A stretch of DNA of 64,000 nt from Mobula hypostoma (taxonomy: Eukaryota): NCBI RefSeq assembly GCF_963921235.1, contig NC_086097.1:207578001-207642000 (forward strand), read 5' to 3'. The notes beneath the pieces are model-generated. The model made no database searches, had not been told where the DNA came from, and saw only the letters and a program-made list of their open reading frames with translations. The first letter of the stretch is position 1. Each line of letters begins with the position of its first letter. A program made the position numbers and the translations under genes. Of the stretch, positions 39,675 to 52,221 are shown piece by piece.

Positions 39675-40027
39675 AGGTGAAAATAGATCATCTTTTGGTA
39701 TTCAACGCTTACTTTAGAAAAACACACGGCACTATAGTCGTCTGTCTCAGGCAGTCACCAAGAAGAGGAATGAAGCTGACGATGGCTTAAGTCTTTCCCA
39801 GAATTTAGATGGAGGAAATTTCTACTCATTCCTTAACATCCATGTTCATGACACCATGTTTTTGGATGATATTGCCGATGGCCAAGGATAAGTTCTTGAG
39901 CGATTTACCAGAGGCAACAATCTGGACTTGGAAAAAGAAACCATTGCACGTAGTTCCTTAGTGCACCATATTGAGCAATGTGAAAAATCGCTGGAAGAGG
40001 ATAATGTTGTCAGCCACATCAAGATAA
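39675..40027 (+). pseudogene. Candidate exon G (GENRSSFGIQRLL*KNTRHYSRL..FYSFLNIHVHDTMFLDDIADGQG*VLERF..SHIKI)
   Basis: Acceptor ttgctacag (alternative tttag at 39717), donor gtcagt; ~117 codons with only two stops. Confidence 0.55.
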
Positions 40028-40630
40028 GTCAGTTGTATTTGTCAGTGAAGTAACTTCCATATATAAATACCATGAAATCAGTAATAACTGATCTGAACTT
40101 TTTCAGAATTTTGAACTGTGCTGGGCTTGCTGTGACAATTTTGCACAGTGCTAATTGCACTGAAGAATAGAGAATGAAGCATAGTACTTTTCTGGGCACA
40201 AACTATACATTCATCATAGCAGTGCAACATTGCTTGACATCCTCTCTTAAAGATGAACATGAAGGTTGACGAAGGAAAAACATTTTATTTGAAATGGCTG
40301 TGTACTCAGGACTATTGACCATGTACTTTCACTTCATGTTTGTTAACTTACATAAACAGATGCTCCCTAGTGAATATAAAATTGCCTATCACTATGGTTA
40401 CCAATCTTTTAGATATGTTTGTAGCATAGCCATAGTACACTGTTCAAGAAAATAAAATGAAATGTATTAGTTAAAATTGGTTGTTATGGTAACAAACAGC
40501 AGTTTCTGCCAACCTATTTGTTTTTTTTTAATGTTGTCTGGAAACTAATAGATCCTAATTATTTCTGTTCTGATTCATTATTTATTGGGGGGGGTACACA
40601 CAGACTCTATTTTTGTTTCCTTTTCAATAG

Positions 40631-40666
40631 ATTCATTTCACCAATTGCTTTATGAAATGCTCTCTG
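40631..40666 (+). pseudogene. Candidate exon H (SFHQLLYEMLS)
   Basis: Strong acceptor tttgtttccttttcaatag, donor G|gtaaag; phase 1/1 links G to I. Confidence 0.45.
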
Positions 40667-41994
40667 GTAAAGGTTAACTAATTCTCAGAAATGGAAATAT
40701 GCAATTGATAAAACATTTTTATAAATTTTGCTTCATAACTCTAATTACCTCAAATTCATTTGTACATTTGACAAATATTCCCAAATTTAGCTCCATTGGT
40801 AGTCTGGGCATCTTTCTCTTTGTGGAGACACAGGAGCCTGGCAGATGCTGAAATCTGCTGGAGGGACTCAGCTGATTGAGCAGCATCTGTGAGTGGAAGG
40901 AAATTGTCAATGTTTTGGGTCAAACACTGAGTCAAACGTCTTTCTCTTCATTTTTCTTTCTTCGCAATGCAGTAAAACTCTTATAATCCCACACATCTGG
41001 GATGTTGATTGTGCTAGATTATTAGATATTACTTCTATGAAACTGCTAATATTGCTTTAGTTCATTTTTGTTTACATGTTCTGTAGTAGTATAATAAACT
41101 TTCCAGTGAGTTTAAAGGGAGCATGGGAAAGAAAACCTTGTTGAGTTTAAGAGGAATAGGAAATGGGGTCCTGGTAACTCTAAGGAAATCCCAGAAATGA
41201 CAGTCCAATGAATCAGATGCCAAACCATTGAGATTCTTGAAAAACAGTCCTAGATTATGAGAATTTTAATGCATTTTTGTTGAATAAATGATGATAAGGC
41301 ACTCTGTGTTGATTCTTGTCATCATGTTTAATCTTTTCAAGTGAGGAAGTTGCATATTACATTCCATGAGCTTACCGTTACCCCCATTTCTATCAGCAGT
41401 TGTCATTCCCTTGTGGACAGATGAAACTGTAATTATGCTTCATGTGATATGTATATTACAGTATGTTTTATTTTAATTAATATTTTAAGATATAGGTGCC
41501 ACTCCCAAAGTAGGCATTTTAATCTCCCCTAACCTTTATTGGGAAAGTGGTATTGAACCATCTTCTTGAACTGCTGAATTCCTGTTGGTGAAGGTATTTC
41601 TGCTGCACAGTGAGTGAAGGAGGTCCAGGATTTAGACCCCAGTGAAGATGAAGGACCAGCAATTTACTTCCAAGTCAAGATAGTGTTTGTCTTGGAATGG
41701 AACCTGGAGATGGTCAAGTATACATGCACTCTGCTACCCTTAGCCTTCTTGGTGGTAGAGGTTTCAGGTTTGGGAGGTATTTCAGAGCAATACTGTTGAG
41801 TAACTGCAGTGCATTTTACAATTGGTACAGTCTGCAAACACAAGGAGCTGGTGGTGAACATTGTTTGAAAAGGGTTCATAGTTATTATTAGGAGGTTAGA
41901 CATTACTGACCCCAGTGCTGCAATTAAAGGCAGATGGTCTGCTTAAGTGGTACTTCCACTGTCCTGCATAAGCACTAAAATACAGCCTTTACTC

Positions 41995-42810
41995 AATTCA
42001 AATTTCAAAGTTCAAAGTAAATTTATTATTCATGTATATGTCACCACATACTGCACTACCTTGGGATTTATTTTCTTGCAAGCATTCATAGTAGAACAAA
42101 GAAATACAATGGAGCCAATTAAAAACTACATACAAACAAAGACTGACAAGCAACCAATGTGCTAAAGAAGACAATCTGTGCAAATAAATAAATAAATAAT
42201 ACTGAGAACATGAGTTGTGGAGTCTTTGAAAGTGAATCCATAGGTTGTGTTCAGCGATCAGTTCATTGTTGTGGTGAGTGAAATCATCCACACTGGTGCA
42301 GGAGCCTTATGGTTGAATGGTAATAACTATTCCTGAATTTGGTGGTATGGAACCTGAGGCTCTTGTACTTCCTTTCCAATGGCAGCAGTGAGAATAGAGC
42401 AATGTCTGGATAGTAGAGGTCCTTGATGATGGATGCTGCTTTCCTGTAACAGTGCTCTTTGTAGATGTACTCAATGGTGCGAAGGGTTTTTCCTGTGATG
42501 GACTGGGCTGTATACACCACGTTTTATTGGCTTTTTCATTCTCGGGCATTTCCACACCAGGCTATGATGCAACAATCAGGATACTCTCCACTGTGCATCT
42601 AAAGGAGTTTGTCAAAGTTTCAGATGACATGCTGAGTCTACGCAAACTTCTAAAAAAAGTAGACCTGCTGCCAGGCATTCATTGAGATCTGATCCCAGGG
42701 CAGATCCACTAATATGATAACACCAAGGAATTTAAAGTTACCTACCCTCTTTACCTATGATCCGCTAATGAAGATTGGCTTATGGACCCCCAACTTCTTC
42801 CTCCTGTTGT
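41995..42810 (-). mobile_element. Rex1/Babar 3' fragment
   Basis: AQSITG..KAASIIKD..FSLLPLERKY..FRNSYY C-terminus; tail seen as ttcaaag repeats on the + strand. Confidence 0.8.
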
Positions 42811-43237
42811 CACGTGCTGCAGGCTGCACGGAGTAATTAATATAAAGGATTGAATTCCACCGGCTTCTTGACAGCAAGAAGTGCTGCACAAGTACAGCAG
42901 TGGTGGTAAATATAAACGAGGCAACAGCAGGGACAGTATCAGTCACCAGTATCCAAGCTGATGGAAAGGTTCATCAAAGGAATATTCACCTCAAGCATCC
43001 ATCAAATCCTAATACAACAATTGAGCTGCAGTTCTTATTAATACTTCTTTATTACCGCCATAAGTCTTTCAACAGAACAGCCTTATGGGAGATATTTTTA
43101 TTTCACAAAAAGATGTAGACTACTATCAAATCCAGAGAAAGAATCAGATTTATCAAACTCAATTCCATCGTCCTCAGCGGTGGACTAATATAATTTCTTC
43201 TCTTGCCTATTGGTTTTCTTATTCTTGCTTTTCCCAG

Positions 43238-43488
43238 TGACTCTGGATGTGCAAGGCCTTGATTGATGGCAGATAACACACCGTGCTTGGAATCTATATG
43301 GCCTGCTGTTGAATATTTCATCTTGATATAGGCCAGAACCATGTTACTCACATGGACATACTGTCCTGAGAGAGTACTACAATTATATTTCTCATATAGC
43401 CACATGCTGCACCTTATAAGAACATTACAGCAATCCTTTGAATACAGACAAGCACAAAACAAGGACCCTGAGCTCAATTGAGGATATG
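43238..43488 (+). pseudogene. Candidate exon I (VTLDVQGLD*WQITHRAWNLYGLLLNISS*YRPEPCYSHGHTVLREYYNYISHIATCCTL*EHY..)
   Basis: Very strong acceptor ttttcttattcttgcttttcccag; phase 1. No intact GT donor found, so the end is approximate. Confidence 0.45.
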
Positions 43489-43559
43489 ATAAATATCCTT
43501 ACTAAGTGTTCTTTAACAAATTAGCCCAATCTTCTGAAATAAAAACAAAATGCTGATGA

Positions 43560-44290
43560 AGCAAAATGAACAGTACAGTGCAGGAACATGCCCCATGGCA
43601 CACAATATCTGTGCTGACCACATCAATCTAACTAATCTCTCACCTTAAAGCTATAACCTTAAGTATTTCAATGTTGGGGAAAAAAGATTACTATTATCTG
43701 CCCCATCTTTGCCTCTCATAATTATAGAAACTTTTATCAGGTTGTCCCTCAGGCTCTGACACTTCAAAGACAGCAATCCAAGTTTATCCAACCTCTCCTT
43801 ATAGATAATGCTCTCTAATCCAGGTAACATCCTGGTGAACCTCTTTTGCATCCCTCTCAGTCCTCCATATCCTTTCTGTAATTTGCTGACCGGAATTGTA
43901 TGCAAAATTCCAAATGTTGCCTAACAGCTGCAGCATGACTTCCCAACTCTTTTTCTCAATGCTCTGACTGATGAAGAAATACATGATATTTACCAACCCA
44001 TCTACGGTATTTGTGTTGTCCCCTTCAGGGACTTGCATCCCATGATACTCTGTACATCAATACCCTTAGAGGTCCTGTCACTTACCGAATGTCTTTCCCC
44101 TTACTTTCCCTCCTAAACAGCATCACTGGACAAGATTAAACTCTATCTTCTATTTCCCTGTTCATATCTACAACAGCTCTATATCCTGCTCCATCCTTTG
44201 ACAACCTTCATCACTATCCACAACTCCACCAAGTCTTGCGTCATCTATCGACTTACTTATCAGCGCATCTGCATATCTGTCCAAACAGAA
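43560..44290 (-). mobile_element. CR1 3' portion, decayed
   Basis: QKRFTRMLPGLESIIYKERLDKLGLLSL (ORF 43651..43905). Confidence 0.8.
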
Positions 44291-44365
44291 ACAACTTCCC
44301 ATCAAAACTCAATATATCTTATTTGCATATTCTAACCACTGACAAGGTTTTTACTGACTTTTTAG

Positions 44366-44544
44366 GAAAGATATTTAACTACCAGTTTCCATGATGCTTG
44401 AAACTTGCAACACTATTTTCAGGAACTTATCTTAAGCCACAGGTTCTTTCATCAACATGAGAGTGAACATTTAAGGTTAGTACCCATGAAGATACTGTAT
44501 TTATGGTGCTCCACCAGATACTTCACCTTTATGGTGTACTCAAT
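44366..44544 (+). pseudogene. Candidate exon J (frame ambiguous; ..THEDTVFMVLHQILHLYGVLN)
   Basis: Acceptor ctgactttttag and consensus donor gtaagt at 44545. Confidence 0.35.
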
Positions 44545-45876
44545 GTAAGTTCTGATGCTCACTGTTCCTTGCTCACTTATGAGTCAGAATGTAGGAAAAG
44601 GCCACTTGCAGGTGACAGAATCCCTGTGGAACTCCAAAACTCTAAAACAAAAGTTACTCTCTTCCAAAGGGTCCAAGCATCGTTTGGATTCCTATGCCTG
44701 AGTTGCAATGCTAATAACCTTCGGCAAATACATATGTGATCTGGAAATATTGTGGGCATCAAATAAATTGCTCCAAAATGACTATTGCTGATTTTTGTGT
44801 CAGACTATTTTCAGGGTTTATTTCTAGAAGAGTTCCTGTTATGCTTCCTTACTGAAGTGTTGCACTTTTGTGAGATATAATCAGGGAATCAGCAAAGCAC
44901 ATTGATTCTACTTCCAGTCAATCTCTGCTCCTTACGATGCAATCTTATTCTTTCCAGATCTGTTTGTCACTAAAAATCATGGGAAAGCCCTTGTGTAGCT
45001 TGAATAAAGCTGCTTATAAATGCAAGTAGGCTTTTTCCTCGGAGGATTGGATGGGCTGAAGTGCCTGTTCCTGTGCTTTAGTTTTCTATGACTCTATGAC
45101 AAAAAGGCGGGAAATAGCAGATATCTCTGACTGAGGTTTTTGAAACCACTTGACTCTAAGCTCGTAAATTTAGGCCAAGATTCTGGTTTTACCTAACCTG
45201 TAAATATGTCATTTCTGATGCATTTTTAAGGGATATTTCTAGTGTAAATCAAACACATCTTAATTTTAACTCATGCAGGTTTTGATCTGTGATTGGCAAA
45301 CCTCTGAAATTTGCTTGAATACTACTACTCATATTTTTCTTTGAATGTACACATTAATTAGATATTAAATATTAAAACAGGAAAAGAATGCTTCACAAAC
45401 TTCCAAGATGAACCTATTTGGGTAGAGAAAAGCTCTGTTAGTACAAGGAAGGTCTAGGAGGTAGAACTATGAGTGGGGAAGTGGTTCATTTTAGAATGGA
45501 GGTTAGAAAGGCTGAAAATAAAACAGATATTCTGGAGGTCCTGCCCAATTTAAACTTTTAGTTATTTGTTTGTCTTTGTTTACCATGTTGTACGGCTGTC
45601 GGCGGAAATTCAAGCAGCTCTTGGAAGGGAACAGAGAAGAAAGGGGTTTGAGTGATCACAAATTAAAAGAGGAAATTCTGGAGGCCCTCTGCAAGGCAGG
45701 TGGCATCTGTAGAAAGAGAAGCGGGATTATTGTCTCAGGTAGAAGGCCCATCATCAAACTGGAGAATAGAAAACTGAATTGATTTAAGTTGCAGAGACGA
45801 GGGGGGGGGAGGAATGGATAGAACAAAGGGTGCAATGGCAAAAACTAATCCAAAATCTAAACAATTGCCACTAGCC

Positions 45877-48480
45877 TGTGACCACCGCGGGGTTGTTATA
45901 CTTGCATGATGCACCTGCAGTTCCAATGAAATGATTGCTCTAAAGAATTGAATTCTTTATTTCAATCCTTTATTAGCAATTAGCAAACATGCAATCTTAA
46001 AGCGACATTAAGTGGTCTGCAAAGATATGACCTCTGTTGGTCCCAAGCTACAAACTGCCACGAAATAAGCAAAAATAAGTAACTTATCCTCTTCACTTTT
46101 ACCCCCACTAATGTGACTAGTTACCATAATAAACATAGTAATTGCACGGCACAGAATACATGGCTCCTACGTTCCAGCCCCCTAATTATTATACTAGAAT
46201 CTTTCCAACTACATGCTACTAAGGCACTGGAGACATGAAATCTCAACATTTACATGAGTGTCCTCTTTTGCTAAGCAGTCTCTCCTGGATTGTGATCTTC
46301 TCCTGCCAAACCAGATTGTCCCTCTTGACTGCGTTCAGGAAAATCTGCCTTGAATCGCTGCTGCCAAAGGACATCCAAATGTGAAATTGAAGTTCCGTTA
46401 ACTGTCAGATCTTGCTGAGTGTAGTCTCTTCCACCATCAGGATCTTTTGATGGTCCATTAACAGTCCAGCTCAGTATTGTTCTGATTGCATAGTCTATCA
46501 TTAGCACTTGCAAAGCACTTGCAATGTTTCCAGTGCTTTAGGTATATTCATCCCTATCAACAGTTCAATTTCTGAATCAATTTCCAGCAAATAACTATGC
46601 CTCAAGGGAGACCATTCCTGAAGATATCTCTGATGAGGAATTTGCCTCTTATGTTAGGCATATGTTCCTCTGTATAGATGTTTCGCCGTTCACAATAGTT
46701 TTCACGATCTAAGCCAGCCATCTCCTATCCTGGATCAGCGTAGCTACTCACAACCTTTCATGACCAATGGTGCGTGAGAGGACGTGTGTTCCTTTTCCTG
46801 TCAGGTTGAGCTTGTTCATGGAGCTCACTGCACAGAACACTGCTGAACCTCCTTGATCTAGGAAAGCATAACCACTCTTACTTTTCTTAAACTTTACCTG
46901 AACTGGAATTATAGGAAGTTTACAGTCATGATCACTAGCCCCTGTAAGACTTTAGGTACTAGAGTGGTACTCGTTGTTGTGTTTGTTTCATTCACGCCTT
47001 GTTTCAAATCTGCACCCTTTTCATCAGCTCTGGGCTCAGTTTCACTTTCCACAGTAGGCACAGTAATGGCAGAGCTGATTCCTTTACTTACTGCTGGTGA
47101 TGTAGCCTTGTATACTTTCCCGAACAATCTTCACTAGCCTTTCAATAAAATCAACAGTGAAAGTAACCTTACGGTTGTGCCTTTCTCGCAGTTCATACAC
47201 CGTCGATCCCCATTCTCTTCTAAGTTCATCAGGTAATTTATTTACAGCATTCTTGATATTAGCAGGCATGTTCATTTCATGCATGGCCTGCACATCTTCC
47301 ATAGAATTGCAAAGAATTCTAAGAAAAAAATGAAAGAGCCCTTTCCATGTATGCCACAACAATTTTGTACTCATCACCAAGATGCTCCTGTAGTAAAGCT
47401 TTAGCCCATAGATACCTTTCTTCTGGATTGGCCAGCTGGTAACTTTCTTATAGCCTCCAGTGCAGCTTTTAGACCTTTATCATCTGAAACACGAGTCTCA
47501 TACTGTAAATCAAAGTCGTCAGAAGCACCTTGTCCTATTGGATATGGCATAAGTTCAGAGTGCCTCCTTGGTGCAGGTTGAGAGTGAACCCTGAACTATC
47601 TCTTGGGTACAAACTCATAGACCTTTGTTTCTTAAGTGTATGCACATTGACATCGAGTAGCTGGATTTTCTCTGTTCCATGCCAACATAGGAACCCTCAC
47701 CAGAGAACTGCTCTGTTGGAGCACACTTAGCACTCACAGTGCTTGCAGCCCATAACACTTTAACACTGGCCATCTTGGCTGCAATTTCTTCCTGCAGCTT
47801 AAGCTCCTCCATCTGTCTTCAAGAATGCTCCTTCTGTTGTACCTGGTGTCTTTGAAGCTATGTTGCCTTTTCTTCCAAGGCATGCTGATCCCTCAGTATC
47901 TGTTGTCTTGCATATAATTCAGCTAAATCAGCCTCTAATGTGGTATCAGACACAGGGGACATTTTGCTAGTGACTGGAGAATGTACTTCATAAGGCACAT
48001 TGTCTTCAACTTTATACGTAGTTACAACTTGTTCTTTGTTTTTGTAAATATTTTCATTTTCCCCAGGGAACTGACATTTGTTTCAACCATTGTTCAATCT
48101 CTTCTGTGACTGTAGAAATAAGCGTACCGATGTATACCAAGTTCTCCACCTGTTTAGCTCTCTCAGAGATAGGCGTTAAAGAAAACAGCAAGTTATGTAG
48201 CTTCGTAGCATCTTCATGAAGAGATTTTAAATCATCCAAATATCCTGAAGTGTCTTCTTGCTCTTCCTGCAGAAGATTCCTAATTAATTGTATTAAATCT
48301 TTAATCCTCTTAACAGCTTTATTATAGTCCTTGCGAAGGCTGGCAAATCTGTTCGCCAAAGCTTTCCCAGTAAGTTTAATCTCTCTCTTAGTTCTGCCTT
48401 CAAGGCCACTATCTTCAGGTTGACTTATTCTGTCTTCCAAGACATGCAAATGAGACAAAATAGTGACAGTTTCAATTCAG
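45877..48480 (-). mobile_element. BEL/Pao LTR retrotransposon remnant (gag + protease; RT and integrase deleted)
   Basis: KREIKLTGKAL N-terminus; NMPANIKNAVNKLPDELRREW..VDFIER gag region; IPVQVK..YAFLDQG protease (~46860); YAIRTILSWTVNGP. Boundaries are approximate. Confidence 0.75.
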
Positions 48481-49009
48481 CTTTTCAACAGAATCAAGGG
48501 TGAGATTCTGGCAAACAGCACTTTCCAGTCCAACCCAGATGGACAAGGCAACATTGACCACATCAAAACTATGTTTCAAATCCAAACACACAGTGTCAAA
48601 CAACAAAAAAAAGAACGTTACTTGTCACAAGCTGCTCCAGGCTGGAGCTTTCAATTTCTTAGACACTTCAGAGTATTGACGTTCATTTGGTATAACTGTC
48701 GAAATCTTTGCTGACGAAATGTAGAGTAATTGTTTTGATTTTGGATCAGTTTATGTTTGATAGGTGAGATAGGGATTGACGTGGTGATAAACTGCTGATG
48801 GAGCCATCTGGTTAATAGATTAATTAGAAAAATAGAGAGAAAGCAAGCAAACAAAAGAACATTTGAAGGCTGTAAAATGCAGGCTAGAACTGAAGGAAAT
48901 ATCAAGTAGATTAGACAGTATCAATGGAAAGAGAAAATGGAGTTAATATTGCATATGATAACCTTTAACAGAAATTTAATTATGGATGATAACCTTCACC
49001 AAAAACATA

Positions 49010-49262
49010 CATTCAGAACAGAGATGAGGAGGAAGGCTTTTCCCAAAGAGTAGTGAATCTGCCAAGAAGTCATAGGGGCTACCTCACTAAACATAATTAA
49101 GACAGACAGAAAGAATTCTATTTAGAAGGGGAATTAAGGCTTATGGGGAAAATGCAGGTGAGTAGAGCTGAGTCCATGGCCAGATCAGCCATTACCTTAT
49201 TGAGTGGTGGGGTGGGCTCGATGGCCAGATGCCCTACTCCTGCTCCAGTTTCTCATGATCTT
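49010..49262 (+). mobile_element. CR1 3' end
   Basis: FRTEMRRK..RVVNL followed by the cctactcctgctcc 3' terminus. Confidence 0.7.
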
Positions 49263-49736
49263 AAATGCTAGGTCTGATATTGAGAATATAAATGACCTGA
49301 AAGTGTTGAAATTGATATTGAATGCTCGGGGCTACAATGAGCTCAAATAGAAAATAAAGTTCTCCTCCTCAGTCTGCCACTGAACCTCGTTGGAATGATA
49401 CAGAAGACTATAGATTGATAGGTCAGAATAGGAAAGGGATGGGGAATTAAAATGGAGAATGATCATAGATCTGGGGCAGACATGAGGCAGACACAAGAAA
49501 TAATTGGCTGAAAAAAGAAAGAATATTTCAGTATTTAGGTAACAAATCAGTTTCTAGACAGTAGTCATTTCTATAGATGCTACCTGGCCTACTGAGTTCC
49601 TCCAGTATTTTGTGGGTGTTGTCTAGATAGTAAGTTTCTCAGCCCAGACCTTCCCCCATTATAATAGAAAGTGTGAGAAAACAGTTTGGGTTCTGCATTT
49701 CAGAGGATTTAAATTTTAACTCTCTGTTCAATCTAG

Positions 49737-49922
49737 CTGTTCCCAAATGGCTGGTTCTATTCTATGAATAAGAGGACAATGTTCCTGGAAGATGGATCAA
49801 TAGAGGCAGAAAGCCTTCTGACAAGACCTCCAGGAGAACAGCTAACCATTGTTTACTTTATTTTCCATCTGGAACTGGCATTGAAAATGGAGATCTTTGC
49901 TCATATTGGGGTGGAACTATAG
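49737..49922 (+). pseudogene. Candidate exon K (LFPNGWFYSMNKRTMFLEDGSIEAESLLTRPPGEQLTIVYFIFHLELALKMEIFAHIGVEL)
   Basis: Acceptor ctctctgttcaatctag; 61 open codons in phase 0; donor uncertain. Confidence 0.35.
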
Positions 49923-49934
49923 AGTAGCGATAAG

Positions 49935-50235
49935 TGTAATGGTTTAGGGTGCAAACAATCAGTGACTGGGGTTTAATTCCTGGCACTATCTCTGAGGAGT
50001 TTGTACGTTCATGCTCACAACCATGTGGGTTTCATCTGGTGTGCTCCTGCTTCTTACTTTGATCCAAAGATGTACGAGTTAGAGTCAGTAAGTTGTGAGC
50101 ACGCAATATTGGTGCTGGAAGCATGGTAACACTTGTGGATTGCTCCAGCACATATACAGTATGCATTGGTCACTGATGCAAGCGACACATTTCACTTTCA
50201 ATGTACAGAGTATAACAAATATAGCTAATCTTTCT
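49935..50235 (+). mobile_element. V-SINE (HE1-like), decayed
   Basis: V-domain-like core gaggagtttgtacgttc..tgtgggtttcatctggtgtgctcc..tccaaagatgtac after degenerate Pol III boxes. Confidence 0.65.
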
Positions 50236-50638
50236 TTAGTTGTTGAAATCTTTTCTTCATTTTATTAACTGTGTACCCATATCATTCACTGAAGTAACAA
50301 GAACTCTATTTCATTTTAAGCCACAATGGAGACCACAATGGGATGAGGGAGGATTTAGCTAGTAAAGACTGGGAACACAGGAGAAATGGTGAGATGATTG
50401 AGGAACAGTGGAAGATTCACAAAGTATAAAAGTAAGGACAGTGGGGGGGGGGGGGCAGAGAGACCCAACCTTGTATAACTAAGAAAGTAAAAGAAGACAT
50501 CAAACTAAAAGCTTGTGCATACAAAGTCGCCAAGAGTAGTGGGAAATTAGAGGATTGGGAAAATTTTAAAAACCATCAAAAGAACCACTAAGTAAACAAT
50601 AAAGGGGAGCTAGATTTTGAAAATAAACTAGTATAAAA

Positions 50639-51120
50639 TGTCACAGTCCCAACCGTTAATTCCCCATTTTCTCCTAATTCCCTTTGATTGTGCCACGGTT
50701 GCGACCATTAATTCCCCATTTTCTCCTCATTCCTTTTGAGGATGACACACCTGGTTTTCATCAAGACCTGAAGCGTAAGAACCCTGGCTTTGCACCCACC
50801 AGTTGCCAGATCGTTGGTTTTGCCGGTGTGGTAGTTAACGTTTCCCGGCCGCTTAGGACTGTGTGTTCTAATTTTGCTTCAGTACGGAGAATTACCTGTG
50901 AAACTCAATCTCTTTGTGTCAAGATAAGTTTTCTGAGTTCTACTTCAGTTCCAAGGTTTACCCTGAAACTCAGTCGCTCCATGTCAAGACCAGTTCTGCC
51001 TATCTCCTGCCTTCCTGCGCTCTCTCCTGTTTGCCGTTCAATGCTCACACCCGCGTCTGCATCCTAACGCATCCTCCATGCCTGTGTCCTGCACTTGGGT
51101 TTGCCTCATTCATTGCAACA
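50639..51120 (+). repeat. Gypsy 5' LTR
   Basis: tgtcaca...ttgcaaca; colinear with 55996-56469. Confidence 0.92.
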
Positions 51121-51729
51121 GAACGTTCTGGCCACTATGGACACAGCGGACACGAATACCCTTCAACAAGCCCTCGGCAGCCAGGGTTCCCTACTGGGTC
51201 TGCACGACCAACTCCTCCAGGAGGTCATGGAGAACCTCAGTTCCCTGTCTGCAGACATAACGAAGATCGGTGACCAGGTGGACCGTGTATCCGCTCATTT
51301 TACCCCATCCACTCCTAGAACCCTGTCTAACCAGCCCAGACAGCCTGTAGTTGCAACCCCCTACGTGTCAGCAACACCCCCGCCAAGAGAGCCTCACGTA
51401 CCTGAACCAGAGCACTACGCTGGGGATTTGGCGAAGTGCCAGTCCTTCCTTCTTCAGTGCTCCTCGGTGTTTGAAAGCAGTCATCCACGTACTCCACGGA
51501 TAAGTCAAAGATTGCTTATATCATGGGGTTGTTACGGGGAAGTGCCTTAGAGTGGGCCACAGCTGTTTGGGTTAACCAGCCGGATATCTGCTCTTCTTTT
51601 GCCACCTTTATGGTGGAAATGAGAAAGATCTTTGACCACCCCGTCCGTGGTAAAGTCACCGTCAACCATCTACTCACTCTCAGTCAGGGCTCACGCACTA
51701 TTGCCGAATATTCCGTAGAGTTCTGGACG

Positions 51730-52221
51730 AAGGAAATCTGGAAGTTGAACCTGACCAGAGGGCTTAAAAAGAGGATTTTCATAGCAGTCATAGAGTCCAT
51801 TTTCACGTATGGATGCGAGACGCGGACACTCACCAAGACGATGCGAAAGTCTCTAGATGGTTGTTATACACGAATGCTCTGGATGGCTCTTGATGTGAGT
51901 TGGCAACAGCAAACGACAAACGTTGAGCTCTATAACAACCTTCCGATGCTCTCCACTAAAATCGAAGCGAGAAGACTGCAACTAGCGGGGCACTGTCTAC
52001 GCCACCCCGAGCTACCTGCCAGCCTAGTCATCATATGGGAGCCCAAGCACGGGAGGATGAACCCTGGGCGCCCTCCCAAGACTATGGTCAACACGTTCCT
52101 AGAAGACAGTGGCGCGACTAATGTAGATGAACCGAACACTCTGATGAGGGAGAGGGAGAAGTGGAGAGTCCGTTATCGTGCCCGACGCCGGCCCCCTATG
52201 CCTGAGTCGACGTAGGAGTAG
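51730..52221 (+). mobile_element. RTE (RTE-X-like) LINE 3' fragment inserted in Gypsy gag
   Basis: YGCET..LDGCYTRML..SW..RRLQLAGHCLRH..WEPKHG..GRP; (GTA)n-like tail; TSD tctggacg/tccggacg (51722-51729, 52222-52229). Confidence 0.88.

Noticed and set aside
4974..43488. Stop-codon recoding or RNA editing as the reason for the many in-frame stops
   Set aside because: Every stop codon starts with T, so C>T compatibility is uninformative. All three stop types occur alongside damaged donors and an exonic LTR, so ordinary decay is simpler.
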